A DNA stretch of 64,000 nt, from the NCBI GenBank assembly GCA_037447605.1, contig CM074820.1:1116001-1180000 (forward strand). Reading direction: 5' to 3'. Below are positions 37,101 through 48,612 of this stretch, one piece after another; positions within the stretch are counted from its first letter, which is position 1, and each line of letters opens with the position of its first letter. The notes beneath the pieces are model-generated. The model saw only the letters and a program-made list of their open reading frames with translations, was not told the origin of the DNA and did not search any database. The DNA is from Zygnema circumcarinatum SAG 698-1b. Taxonomy: Eukaryota; Plantae; Zygnematophyceae. The translations under genes and the position numbers were made by a program.

Positions 37101-40100
37101 AATACTCAACTGCGTCTTCTCTCTCTAAACGGAGCCATCACCAGCCTGCTTCCAACCCCATTTCCAGAAGCAATGGGACGGTCTCAATAGGAGAAAGCTA
37201 TGCAAACTCTATGCCCCTTATTTACTATTTAGGGTTTTTAGGGTTTTTAGGGATTTTAGATCCTGATCCTGCCATCCATGGTGGCTTGAAAAGCTCTTAA
37301 GTTTTGAAGATACAGAAACACGTGCACTGAAGGTAGAGCAGCATCTCATTTGCTTAGAAAAGGGCAATGCAGGGTAAAGGGTGCAACGTACGACTCTCCG
37401 TTAATGAGTAGGAGATCGAAAGCAAAAACACATACATCCACCTGCAATTCAGCTCAAGGAACCCACATGTCAGTGATAAGCCGCTGTTTTTAGGGTTTTT
37501 AGGGTTTTTTTTTTTCTTTCCCGAAAAAGAAACCAGAAAGTAGAGAAAAAGGTCACAAAGTATAGAGAGAGAAGAAGGTGCACCGTGATGTTCTCCAGAC
37601 TGACTTGAGCTGCATCTCGCCCACCTCTCTCTCTCGTGCTCAGATGCTGAAAAGCCATTAACCGGTTTCCGCTCGCTCTATCCACAGCCACCACCTTGAA
37701 TTGCCCAAACAAGAAGTTAAATTAAAGCTACTTCCACAAAAAGGAAAGCAAAAAACAAAAAGATTCTGCGATTCCTCACCCTTCTGCTAACAACTCCCTC
37801 CTACCAATTCACAACAGTACAGAAGGTGGTTGCAAAGTGAACCTCCGCATCGATGATCGCTGTGGTCAGTTCAGAGTTCTGAGCTTTTCGAATTATATCG
37901 GCAACGTCCGGAAAGCGGCGAGTGCAGTCCTCACAGTTCCGTGAAAAGATGCGAACTGAGCCGTCTTGCAGCACATGGATTTGGGCCCTTTGCCCATCAT
38001 ACCTGGATAAGCGCATACATAGAGACCCTTTACGCTTTAAGTACATCTTGAGACTAAGAATCAACCTTGTACAAGATAGAGTGATGCGACTGCAGGGAAG
38101 CGAGGGGAGAGAGAAATACTAGCTGACCACATCCATGCATTGCAGGTGAGGGAACGCACTTGTATTCGCAGGTGAAAGCGCGACCTTGAAAGCACTTCAA
38201 CACTTGGGGGATGCCGTTGGTGATTCTGAACACGAAAGAGATGATCGTAAGCTCAATGGAGAGCAACAGGGAGCAGTACATCACAAGAACTGGCGGCTGC
38301 ATGCGGACTACAAGCAGAGGTGCAGCGAGAGGGGAAGGGGAGGGAAAAGGAGAGAAAGCGGGAGGAGAAGAGGGAGGGGGGAAGGGGAAAGGAGGAGAGA
38401 ATGGGAGGGAGGGAGGGAGAGAGGAAGGGGGGAGTAGGTTACTTGGCCAGCATGGGCTTCACCGGTGTGCCGGGACGGACTGTGCCTACAGGGGGCAGCC
38501 CCTGCCCTTCCTCCGCCATCATGGCAGGAACAAGGAGGTCCTGAAACAGCCGTAAAGAGGGGGCCCTAAACGAGTCAGACCACTTAGTCAAACCTGGTAG
38601 TCAGTAAGGCAGGCAGTCTATAGCGGAAAGGTTTGAGGCGGAGGGGGANNNNNNNNNNTAATGAGTAGGAGATCGAAAGCAAAAACACATACATCCACCT
38701 GCAATTCAGCTCAAGGAACCCACATGTCAGTGATAAGCCGCTGTTTTTAGGGTTTTTAGGGTTTTTTTTTTTCTTTCCCGAAAAAGAAACCAGAAAGTAG
38801 AGAAAAAGGTCACAAAGTATAGAGAGAGAAGAAGGTGCACCGTGATGTTCTCCAGACTGACTTGAGCTGCATCTCGCCCACCTCTCTCTCTCGTGCTCAG
38901 ATGCTGAAAAGCCATTAACCGGTTTCCGCTCGCTCTATCCACAGCCACCACCTTGAATTGCCCAAACAAGAAGTTAAATTAAAGCTACTTCCACAAAAAG
39001 GAAAGCAAAAAACAAAAAGATTCTGCGATTCCTCACCCTTCTGCTAACAACTCCCTCCTACCAATTCACAACAGTACAGAAGGTGGTTGCAAAGTGAACC
39101 TCCGCATCGATGATCGCTGTGGTCAGTTCAGAGTTCTGAGCTTTTCGAATTATATCGGCAACGTCCGGAAAGCGGCGAGTGCAGTCCTCACAGTTCCGTG
39201 AAAAGATGCGAACTGAGCCGTCTTGCAGCACATGGATTTGGGCCCTTTGCCCATCATACCTGGATAAGCGCATACATAGAGACCCTTTACGCTTTAAGTA
39301 CATCTTGAGACTAAGAATCAACCTTGTACAAGATAGAGTGATGCGACTGCAGGGAAGCGAGGGGAGAGAGAAATACTAGCTGACCACATCCATGCATTGC
39401 AGGTGAGGGAACGCACTTGTATTCGCAGGTGAAAGCGCGACCTTGAAAGCACTTCAACACTTGGGGGATGCCGTTGGTGATTCTGAACACGAAAGAGATG
39501 ATCGTAAGCTCAATGGAGAGCAACAGGGAGCAGTACATCACAAGAACTGGCGGCTGCATGCGGACTACAAGCAGAGGTGCAGCGAGAGGGGAAGGGGAGG
39601 GAAAAGGAGAGAAAGCGGGAGGAGAAGAGGGAGGGGGGAAGGGGAAAGGAGGAGAGAATGGGAGGGAGGGAGGGAGAGAGGAAGGGGGGAGTAGGTTACT
39701 TGGCCAGCATGGGCTTCACCGGTGTGCCGGGACGGACTGTGCCTACAGGGGGCAGCCCCTGCCCTTCCTCCGCCATCATGGCAGGAACAAGGAGGTCCTG
39801 AAACAGCCGTAAAGAGGGGGCCCTAAACGAGTCAGACCACTTAGTCAAACCTGGTAGTCAGTAAGGCAGGCAGTCTATAGCGGAAAGGTTTGAGGCGGAG
39901 GGGAGGGGGGAGGGGGGAGGGGGGAGGGGGGAGGGAGGGGGAGGGGGGAGGGGAGGGGAGGGGGAGGGGGAGGGGAGGGAGGGGAGGGGGAGGGGGAGGG
40001 GGAGAGGGGGAGGAGGAGGGGGAGGGGGGAGGGGAGTGGGGAGGGGAGGGAGGGGAGGGGGAGGGGTGGGAGGGGAGGGGAGGGAGGGGAGGGGGGAGGG

Positions 40101-43100
40101 GGGAGGGGGGAGGGGAGGGGGGAGGGGGAGGGGAGGGGAGGGGAGGGGAGGTGGAGGGAGGGGGAGGGGGGAGGGGGCGGGGGAGGGGGAGGGGGGGAGG
40201 AGGGGGAGGGGGAGGTGGAGGGGGGAGGGGAGGGGAGGGGGAGGGGGGAGGGGAGTGGGGGAGGGGAGGGGGAGGAGGGAGGGGAGGGGAGGGGGAGGGG
40301 AGGGGGAGGGGGAGGGGGGAGGGGAGGGGGAGGAGGGGGAGGGGAGGGGAGGGGGGAGGGGAGGGGAGGGGAGGGGAGGGGAGGGGAGGGGAGGGGGAGG
40401 AGGGAGGGGGAGGGGGGAGGGGGAGGGGAGGGGGAGGGGGAGGGGAGGGGGAGGGGAGGGGAGGGGAGGGGAGGGGGAGGGGGGAGGGGGGAGGGGAGGG
40501 GGAGGGGAGGGGGAGGGGAGGGGAGGGGGAGGGGGAGGGGAGGGGGAGAGGGAGGGGAGGGGAGAGGGAGAGGGAGAGGGAGTGGAGAGGGAGAGGAAGA
40601 GGGAGAGGGAGAGGAGAGGAGAGGAGAGGGGAGAGGTGGGAGAGGGAGAGGGAGAGGAGAGGGAGAGGGAGAGGAGAGGGAGAGGAGAGGGAGAGGGAGG
40701 GAGAGGGAGAGGAGAGGAGAGGGAGAGGAGAGGGAGAGGGAGAGGAGAGGAGAGGGAGAGGGAGGAGGGAGGGAGAGTGGAGAGGGAGAGGGAGAGGGAG
40801 AGGGAGAGGAGAGGGAGAGGGAGAGGGAGAGGAGAGGGAGAGGGAGAGGGAGAGGGAGAGGGAGAGGGAGAGGGAGAGGAGAGGGAGAGGAGAGGGAGAG
40901 GGAGAGGGAGAGGGAGAGGGAGTAGGGAGAGGGAGAGGGAGAGGGAGAGGGAGAGGGAGAGGGAGAGGGAGAGGGAGAGGGAGAGGGAGAGGGAGAGGGA
41001 GAGAGGAGAGGGAGAGGGAGAGGGAGAGGGAGAGGGAGAGGGAGAGGGAGAGGGAGAGGGGAGGTGAGGAAAACATAAGCAAAATTTGTGTGTTGGGGCA
41101 GCAAAGTTCAACAGCAGAGGCGAGGAGACATCGACTGCACTTACTAGATTGGGAAGGAAATTGAAAGCCTCCACTGCAGCCGTTGAAGTGGACTGCCCTC
41201 CCCACCCCCACCACATTCACAACTCACAGTCTTAAATCTAATGAAGTGCCGCTCTGACAGGCATCAGATTGAACCTGGACATGGAGCCCGTCCAGGTGCA
41301 GATGATACCTGCAGCTGTGCCTTGATGCCTGTGAGGCTGCCAGGTGGCACAATTCCCTGCCATAGTCTTTGAACCACTATGGCCTGCGCGAGTGCAGGCA
41401 GAACTGTTCGCATCATGGCCCCAATGCGCATGTTTTGCACCTGCACATGAGGCAGATTAACAAAACAAAATAAAATAAGGCAACTTTAAACAAATGGCGA
41501 GGAAGGGAAAAGGAGACAAGGCATGCCTTTGAGGTGCCTTAAAGACACGTTGTGTGCCCATATGGAAGTAGCCATTGGGAGTTCATCAGGGGTTGAAGTT
41601 TCCTCACAAGAGTGCGCACTATGTAGAGAGTCTCCCTCTCCCGGCATGCGCGGAGCAGGCCCAACACGTGGCCCTTCTTGCGTGCGGCACTTCCAGGGCC
41701 CGTCTCCTTGCTGCCTCCAACACACAGATTTTGCTTATACTCCCACTTCCCACTATCTCCCACTATCTCCCCCTCTCCCCTTCTTCCTCTCTCCCTCCCC
41801 CACCAGTCTTCCCACTCCCCTCTCCCTCTCTCCCTCTCCTCCCCCTTCGGCCCCTCTCCCCCTCTTCCCCTCGCCCTCGCTCCGCCTGCCCCTCTCCCCC
41901 TCTTTCCCCTCTCCCTTGCTCCCTCTCCATCGCTCTCCCTCTCTCGCTCTTCACCCCTCCTCCTCCCCCTCGTCCCCTCTCCCCACGCCCCTCCCCCCTC
42001 CTCCCTCCCCGTCCCTCCCCTCTTCCCTCTCCCTCTCCACCCCCCCTCCCTCTTCCCATTTCCCCTCCCTGCTCGTCTCCGTCCTCTCTCTTCCTCCTCT
42101 CTTTCCTCCTCGCCGTCCTCTTCCTCCCCTCCTCCTCCTCTATCTTTGCATCCTCTCTGTACTTCTCTTCCACGCAGTCCGCTTGCTCTGAAGCCTCACT
42201 TTCATCCCAACATCGCTTCTCTTCCCTCCCCGCTCCGCTCTTTTCTCCTCTCCTCTGCCTCGTGCTCTTCCACACTCTCCCGTCCCTCTCCCTCTCCCTC
42301 GTCCTCTCCACCATCTCCCTTCTCTCCCAGCTCCCATACCCCTCTCTGCCATCCTAAAAAACTGCCCTCCCCGCCCCTCCTCTGAGACCCAAATGCAGGA
42401 GCACCTGATTTTTTGCAGAGTGGTGTACACGTGGCGGATGGAGAGTCGCTGAGGGGTCAACAGCAGCTTCTGCGTCTGCCGGCACGCTTGTGCCACGTCA
42501 CCTGCGGCCCTCAGAGCCCACGTGGTCCAATGCCCACAAGCATTAGCCCATGTCCTCATCCTCTTTTAAACGAACCCCCCAACAACAACAACATGACACC
42601 AAGAATACGAGAACGTGCATGCATGCATGCATGCATGTTCTCATGCCCCTACCGAGGTCTCCCATGACATTGTACATTTCCCGCAGCCGAGCCCTTTGGG
42701 TCCCTGTTGCTTCGGCTATGGCTGCCGCCACAGTGCTGCCACCAATGCTGAGCTCCTATAGCCCCGAAAACCATTTGCGTGAAGGTTGTTAAAGTATTAG
42801 TTTGATTAGTAGATTGTTGAAATCTTGTTATTTCGCCTACAAGATATGCAGCGGGATTTGTATGTTTGTGACTCTTGAGAAGCACCAAGAGACTGGATGA
42901 GAGTACATGAAATGAGGGAATCTAACCAGACAACAGTGGAAGTCTACACTCCTGCTAGCCAAGGCTCTGCTGACTACTACAAATCCGGGCAATGCATCAT
43001 TTGCCCATGCAAAGCGGTATACGTGTGACATACAACGTTTTCGAATTCCGGTGCGATCCGATTTGTCATGAGGTAGACAGCTGGCAGCACATCAGAGGGC

Positions 43101-46100
43101 GAGAGGGCCAAAAGGCTGTGCAAGAAACAAAGCCGAGAAAAAAGAGCAACATCATTCGGTCCTGCCCTATGGCTTTTTTCTCATATAGAGCATCTGTTGA
43201 AGGAGCATCCAAATGCTCGAGTAAGCAAAGTATCGACTGAGACAATGAAGGGCTCTGCAATTTTCTGACATCAATAAACAGGAAGTTGGACAACCTGCGG
43301 AACGTGTTGCAGAGCATATCTGTAATCTTGAGCCGACCACTCTCCCTCTCAATGCAGTCGAATGCTCGAGCAAGATGGCGGTAGGGTGCAGCCTCTCCCT
43401 CCTTCCAGCATGCTGCATCAATGAAGTCACGTATCCTCATATAACAGTGATGGCATACACGACACGCACATGAATGTCTGATAGGTGATGTTTAAGTAGA
43501 CAAGATTATTATGCAGTGAGTGTCCGAGCAGCAGCATGACTCACCATGCTTCACTGGATCATATTGACCCACATGCGTCGAAACTGCTCCCTCCATTGGC
43601 TGCTCCTCTCCCATCTCTTCCTGCTCGGTAGCCCTCTGCCTTAGACTCTTCATCTCTCCGAGACCTACTTCAGGAACTGAATTTCTGTCAGCATTAGTCC
43701 AGAGAGAACGGCTCTCTCTCGCCTCTCTCTCTGCTCCCTTCTGCACCATTTGAGATTGTGTTGAAACAGACTCTGGGAGAGTCAGCATCTCATTGATTTG
43801 TGCTCCTTCCTTAACAACCTTCTCTTCCACTCTTTCCTTAAACTCAGTTCTTTTGAAAGCTTTAGCTTCCCTATCCTCATCCCCTCCCCCTTTGTCAGCC
43901 CCTTCTTTATCATGTACATTTTCCGTTTCAAAATCTGCCTCCTCGTTTTTGAGTATGGCAGGTTTCCATTCCCTCTCTGACTCCAAATCTTGTTCCCGAT
44001 GAGGTAACTCTGTCTGAGGCACCTCTACCGTCCCTCTCTCTGCCCTCAAACTTTTACTTCCTCCCACTTGAGCCCCATCCTTAGCTGCATAATAGAAATC
44101 TAGAGCCACATCCACCTGCCCATTAGCAGTCTGCAGCAGCTTCAAAGCTTGCTCTTCATCCACACATCCGTCCAATACCATCATCAACTGCTCCATTTCT
44201 CCTTTCAACACCCTATCACTTCCACTAGTTTTTTCCGCTATCTCTAATCTTCTCTCTCGTCCCTCCATAGCCTGCCCAGCCTCAAATTCCTTCCGATTAC
44301 TTTCTGTTTGACTAACAACTACTTCAGTCTCAGACATCTCCACTTGAAGCCTCACTTCAACTCCAACTTTCTTCAACTCCTCAGCTTTAGTGGGACTAGG
44401 TGGTGATATATGGGCCTTGAGGGTAGCTTTTCCCCTATCACCATAATAGGACATAATTGAAGGTTGATGACCTTTACTCCCCTTCCCACTTGCCGGCGAT
44501 GATTTGCTCCTACTTCTCCTCCTCTCACTACTGCCCTTTTTCTTCGAAGGTGGCGGAGTGATTTGACTCTTGGAAATTATCTGTAATGCAAGCACTCTTT
44601 CTCGTCCCATCATATCGTCTCCCCCAATTCCCGTGGCATCTACAATCTCACCTTTAGACTTGACATCCAAACGCAGGTCTCCAATTTCATGTCCTTTTCT
44701 TGTAGCCTCCTCAAGAAGAGGGTCCGCAGGCACCAGATTGGAAGTGGAATTCAAGCCGTCATTAGCAAACTTTGATAGTGAACAATCTCGCATTCCCCTT
44801 TGTACATCCTTATTCTCTTCCTTCCTCTCTTCCTTACTCTCTTCCTTCACTCCCTTTGACCTTTTTGAGCTCTCTACATCATAAAACCAGGTGACAGCTG
44901 CAGCGATATCTCCTCCCCCCATTGTGAGCAGCTTCTGCGACTCTATTCGAGTAACTCCCATTGGAAGTAAGACCTTCAGCTGTTCCAGCTTTTCCTCTAC
45001 TTTAACGGTACTTTCTGGCCTAGTCGTCCCTTTCTCCTGCCATACATGCTCTGTTTCCTCTCTCTCCTTCATCCCTAAAGACATACTCTCAAGCTCTTCG
45101 TCCTCATTGGCTATTGGTTGAGATTCACTCAATTTCCCATCCCCCCTGCCATCAACTTCTCCCTGTTCACCTCCATTCCTCACAAATCTCAAGTACTCCT
45201 CCTCCTCCCTCGTCAGCAGAGCCTTCAAATCAAATGATGTTAAGCCTATTGTCTTTGTTTCCCCCAAACCGTCTTCTCCCTGCCCCTCACCGATCCTTAC
45301 AGCTCCAGTTTCTCCTCCTCCTGTGGGAACACTTCTCCGTCCAGCAAACATACCAGCCTTACTAAAGAGCTGCGTCTGAACACCGGAAGTTTGCTCATTC
45401 CTTCGTCGCTTTCTTGCTCCTGGACCGAATGCAGCTCTTGGAGTCTGCGAAAGCATTTGGTCCTTTTGTAAAGGCTCATCCGTGCTTGCTGGAGGGACAC
45501 TTCTATGCAGACCATGCAATTGCCCATTTCGTTCGTGTTGTTGCAAACTTAAATCATTCGTCTCTTTTCCTGCAGGACTGCTGAGGCCCTCCCTCTCACC
45601 CACACACTCTTTAAAGACAGTCAATGTACCATGGCTGCACTTGATATCACCTTTGTTTACTTCCCTTTCTGTTTCGTCCTCCTTCCCTACGCCATTCTCA
45701 ACCACTTCGCAGTCCACATTTTCCTCAAGATGAAGCCGTTTTGGTGGATGCTCAGGCTCGCTTTTGCCGCCTCCAACCCTCTGGAAGGCCTGCAGGAAAT
45801 TTACCTTTTGTGCAGTCTCGTCCACGAGATTGCAGAAATGCTGCCTTATCGCAGTCACTGCCTTTTCAGCATCTCCTCCTTCCACTCCTACTGTAGGAAT
45901 GATCTCCTTCGGTCGTAGAAATGCCACAAACTCCCGAAGCTCCTTGTAATTCGAATGCTCACTGTAAGGCACGAGGTGTATTTCAAGGGGACCCTGTTCA
46001 GAAAAAACAGCAGTGAATGGATGGGGCTAATCGATCTCAAAGCTCGAAAAAAACCAATTCTGATCAACCGTCGAAAACGTTTTCACAATCCACTGTGTAT

Positions 46101-47890
46101 CTCGTAAGCGGTGATTGGCAGGTGACTCTCCGTAACCATATTAAATCAACGGATAAGACTAGCTGTCTTGTGAATAATTCTGCTGAAATTTCTTAGGCTA
46201 ATCCTGTAGGGGTTATCCGACAGACTTTCTGGTTATGCACAACATTAGCGTGCACAAGGCTAAAAGTTTCTCAATTCTTATTGCAGAGACTTCACAGTAG
46301 TCAAGACACGCATGGCTGAAGGTGCTCTCACTCTCTGCAAGTGTGGCAGTATGTGGTCTCATCGGAGGATAGGAAGGCGAGTACCTTTTTGCGGATAGAA
46401 AATGTTTTTTTCTTGAGCTCATACGTCCAACCAGTGGGGACGAATCCAACTGCTCGAACTCCTCCCCACTTGCGTAACGCCCTCTCCATATTTAGAAAAT
46501 TGGGCCTAAAGTATGGCCATGTTTCACCGAGAAAATTCCAACCTACAACATGGACTGGTGTTGCCTCAGGATTGGTAGTAAATATGCTCATATCTTCTAG
46601 GCCCAAACATTCAAGCAACTTAATTTTCCGCTCCTCCACATATAGTTGGCATCCACATTTATGAGCAACTGCTGTCAAAATCTTTTCTTTCCCTATCACA
46701 TACGTCGATATCAAGAATAAGACGGGCCATGCTGACATCCTTCCGACTAAGCCAGTCTCGCCGATGACTCCATTCTCCCGTCTTCCTTCTCCTCCTTCTG
46801 CATAAGCCACTTCGCTTCCCTCTGAAGTAATTCCATCACTCTCCCGTTCCTTTCTTCTTTGCGCTGCCACGTCCACGTCATCCACACCATGCTGCTTGCT
46901 TTCTCCCATTTCCATGACCTCCAGTCCATCTCCAACTTCTTCCCTCCTATGCTTTTGTTCCATCGCACCCCCAGCATTCCCTCCTTCTAATCGTTCAATA
47001 TCCTTGTTGTCAACTTCATCCTCCCCTCCAACGCATTCTCCAGCACCTCCGCACTCATTACCCTCACCGTCACCCTCACCTTTTTCCTCCTCCGCAGCTT
47101 CACCTTCTTCATCAACTTCCTTCAAACCCATGTCCCTCTCATTCCACCCCTGCATGATACGCTTAATGGCATCTGCAACGTAATCAACAGACACCTGCTG
47201 AGGAGGGAAAACGAATCTTGGATTGCAATAAGTTGTATCCAAGAAAACTGCATCTGCTCCAACAAAATCCCGAAGAAAAGGATCGTCCATCATTTCTGCA
47301 GAGTATCGCATATCTCCGCAGTGCACATACTTCTTATACTCCCACTTTCTCCCCGATGGAACCCGAAAAAGCAGCTGCACAGCTCCAGGGCAGTGGTTTG
47401 CTTCAACAAGCACCACGTGGCAGCCATCCACTTCAACCGGCTCTCCCAGAGGGACCGCTCGGATGAGTGCACGTGGCACCTCAAGTGACACTTGGAGCAG
47501 CTTGGCCGTGACAGGAGAGCAAAAAATGAGGCCCTTGCGCCACGTGGCGGCAACTCCTTGGTAGTGGTCGCTGTGAAAGTGCGTCAGCCAATAGCAGTGC
47601 GACCATGGCCCTGCAGCGCGGAACCCGTCGACTACAAACCGCGTGCCAGGGATTCTCTTGTGAGCAGGGAAGCTTGCAGGGAAGTTGGCCAGAGGAGGAG
47701 GAGGCGGCGCTTTGAGCTCTTCCTTACCATTGTCGCCATGGCTGGAACTGGAAGAAGCTCCTTCAGCAGCAGCAGATGCAGCAGGAGGGGCGCCCTCCAG
47801 AGAGAGCAGGGCCTGGCGGTACTCCTCTTCAGAGCGAATGACACGTGTCCCAGCCACCGGGGGTCCCCGCTTCTTTGGCGGCGACGACAT
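34119..47890 (-). CDS. LIG6: DNA ligase 6 (SNM1-type metallo-beta-lactamase/beta-CASP fused to an ATP-dependent DNA ligase)
   Basis: MBL motif [28 protein letters not shown], beta-CASP VPYSEHS; ligase DNA-binding domain [17 protein letters not shown]; motif I TCEYK-YDGQRAQ; [19 protein letters not shown]; GISMRFPRF. Start taken at MSSPPKKR (47890). Confidence 0.92.
34857..34866. other. Assembly gap (10 N) within a G/A-rich tract
   Basis: Ten Ns flanked by GGGA-rich sequence. Confidence 0.99.
36345..36530. repeat. (TTC)n/(GAA)n trinucleotide repeat in a LIG6 intron
   Basis: 21 perfect TTC units at 36411..36473 within a longer imperfect tract. Confidence 0.95.
37402..39905. repeat. Apparently exact ~1.25-kb tandem duplication (37402..38648 and 38659..39905) separated by a 10-N gap; likely assembly artefact
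   Basis: Identical ORF translations at a constant offset of 1257; Ns at 38649..38658 lie exactly at the junction. Confidence 0.9.
39890..41065 (+). repeat. ~1.2-kb almost pure homopurine (GGGAG/GGGAGA) tract, LIG6 intron
   Basis: Nearly only G and A on +; GGGGA-like units grade into (GGGAGA)n. Confidence 0.95.
41750..42385 (+). repeat. ~0.6-kb pyrimidine-rich (C/T) tract, LIG6 intron
   Basis: CCCTCT/CCCCT-rich low-complexity sequence on +. Confidence 0.9.
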
Positions 47891-48523
47891 GGCGACAGCT
47901 GGCAGCCGGAGGACGCGTCCCCCGTCCGACGTGGAGGGCTCATGCCACGTGTCGGCTCCAGGCGAGTCCCCTCGCAAGGGCCTGTTCCAACGCGGTCGAG
48001 TCCAGGGACAAATCGCCACGTGTCAGCGCGCAATTCGTCGAGAAACATTGCCGCGTGTCAGGGTGGGATTCCATGAGCGCGTTTGGGCGTCGTGCTCGAC
48101 GGCCCCTGGGTCCCATGAGGCCGCGTTTCGCCAACGTGGCAAAAACGTGGTGCCGACGTGGCTCCGACGTGACGTGGCGATGGTCAAGGTCTGACTCCCC
48201 CTATTGAACCTTTTTTGTCTATTTTAAAATCTGCCCGTTGAAGAAAGGGGTTTGTTGATCCGATAAAGGCGTTGTGGGGCTTTCTGCGGCTCGGACTGCT
48301 TCGGTCTCAGATTCCCAACGTTGTTGGCACCTTTGAGAATGAGAACTTCTCCGGTAAAATACCGATCATGCTTCGGCGTACGATTTCGTACCTTTCTCTT
48401 CCGTAAGATTTCGTGACGTCTGACATCCCCTTGGTGCCGAAACATGCGCTGTACGGATTACCGTACTTACGGTACAGTAGAAGCCCCTTGGCCATTTTTG
48501 CAAGTTGATAGTTGCACTGAACC

Positions 48524-48597
48524 GGGAAGTGGGAGTGGGGGTGGGAGTGGGAGTGGGAGTGGGGGTGGGAGTGGGAGTGGGGGTGGGAGTGGGAGGG
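48524..48597 (+). repeat. (GTGGGA/GTGGGG)n hexamer array, potential G-quadruplex, 15 nt upstream of the ycf21-like ATG
   Basis: About a dozen G3-G5 tracts separated by 1-3 nt loops. Confidence 0.8.
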
Positions 48598-48612
48598 AGA
48601 CGGAGAGGCGCC

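Noticed and set aside
39841-41220. Long Pro/Ser/Leu and Gly/Arg/Glu ORFs (236-459 aa), extensin- or RGG-like
   Set aside because: They are open in almost every frame on both strands because the homopurine tract lacks stop codons; the region is a LIG6 intron.
41523-42385. 180-260 aa ORFs over the C/T tract
   Set aside because: Low-complexity intronic sequence; only short embedded LIG6 exons are coding.
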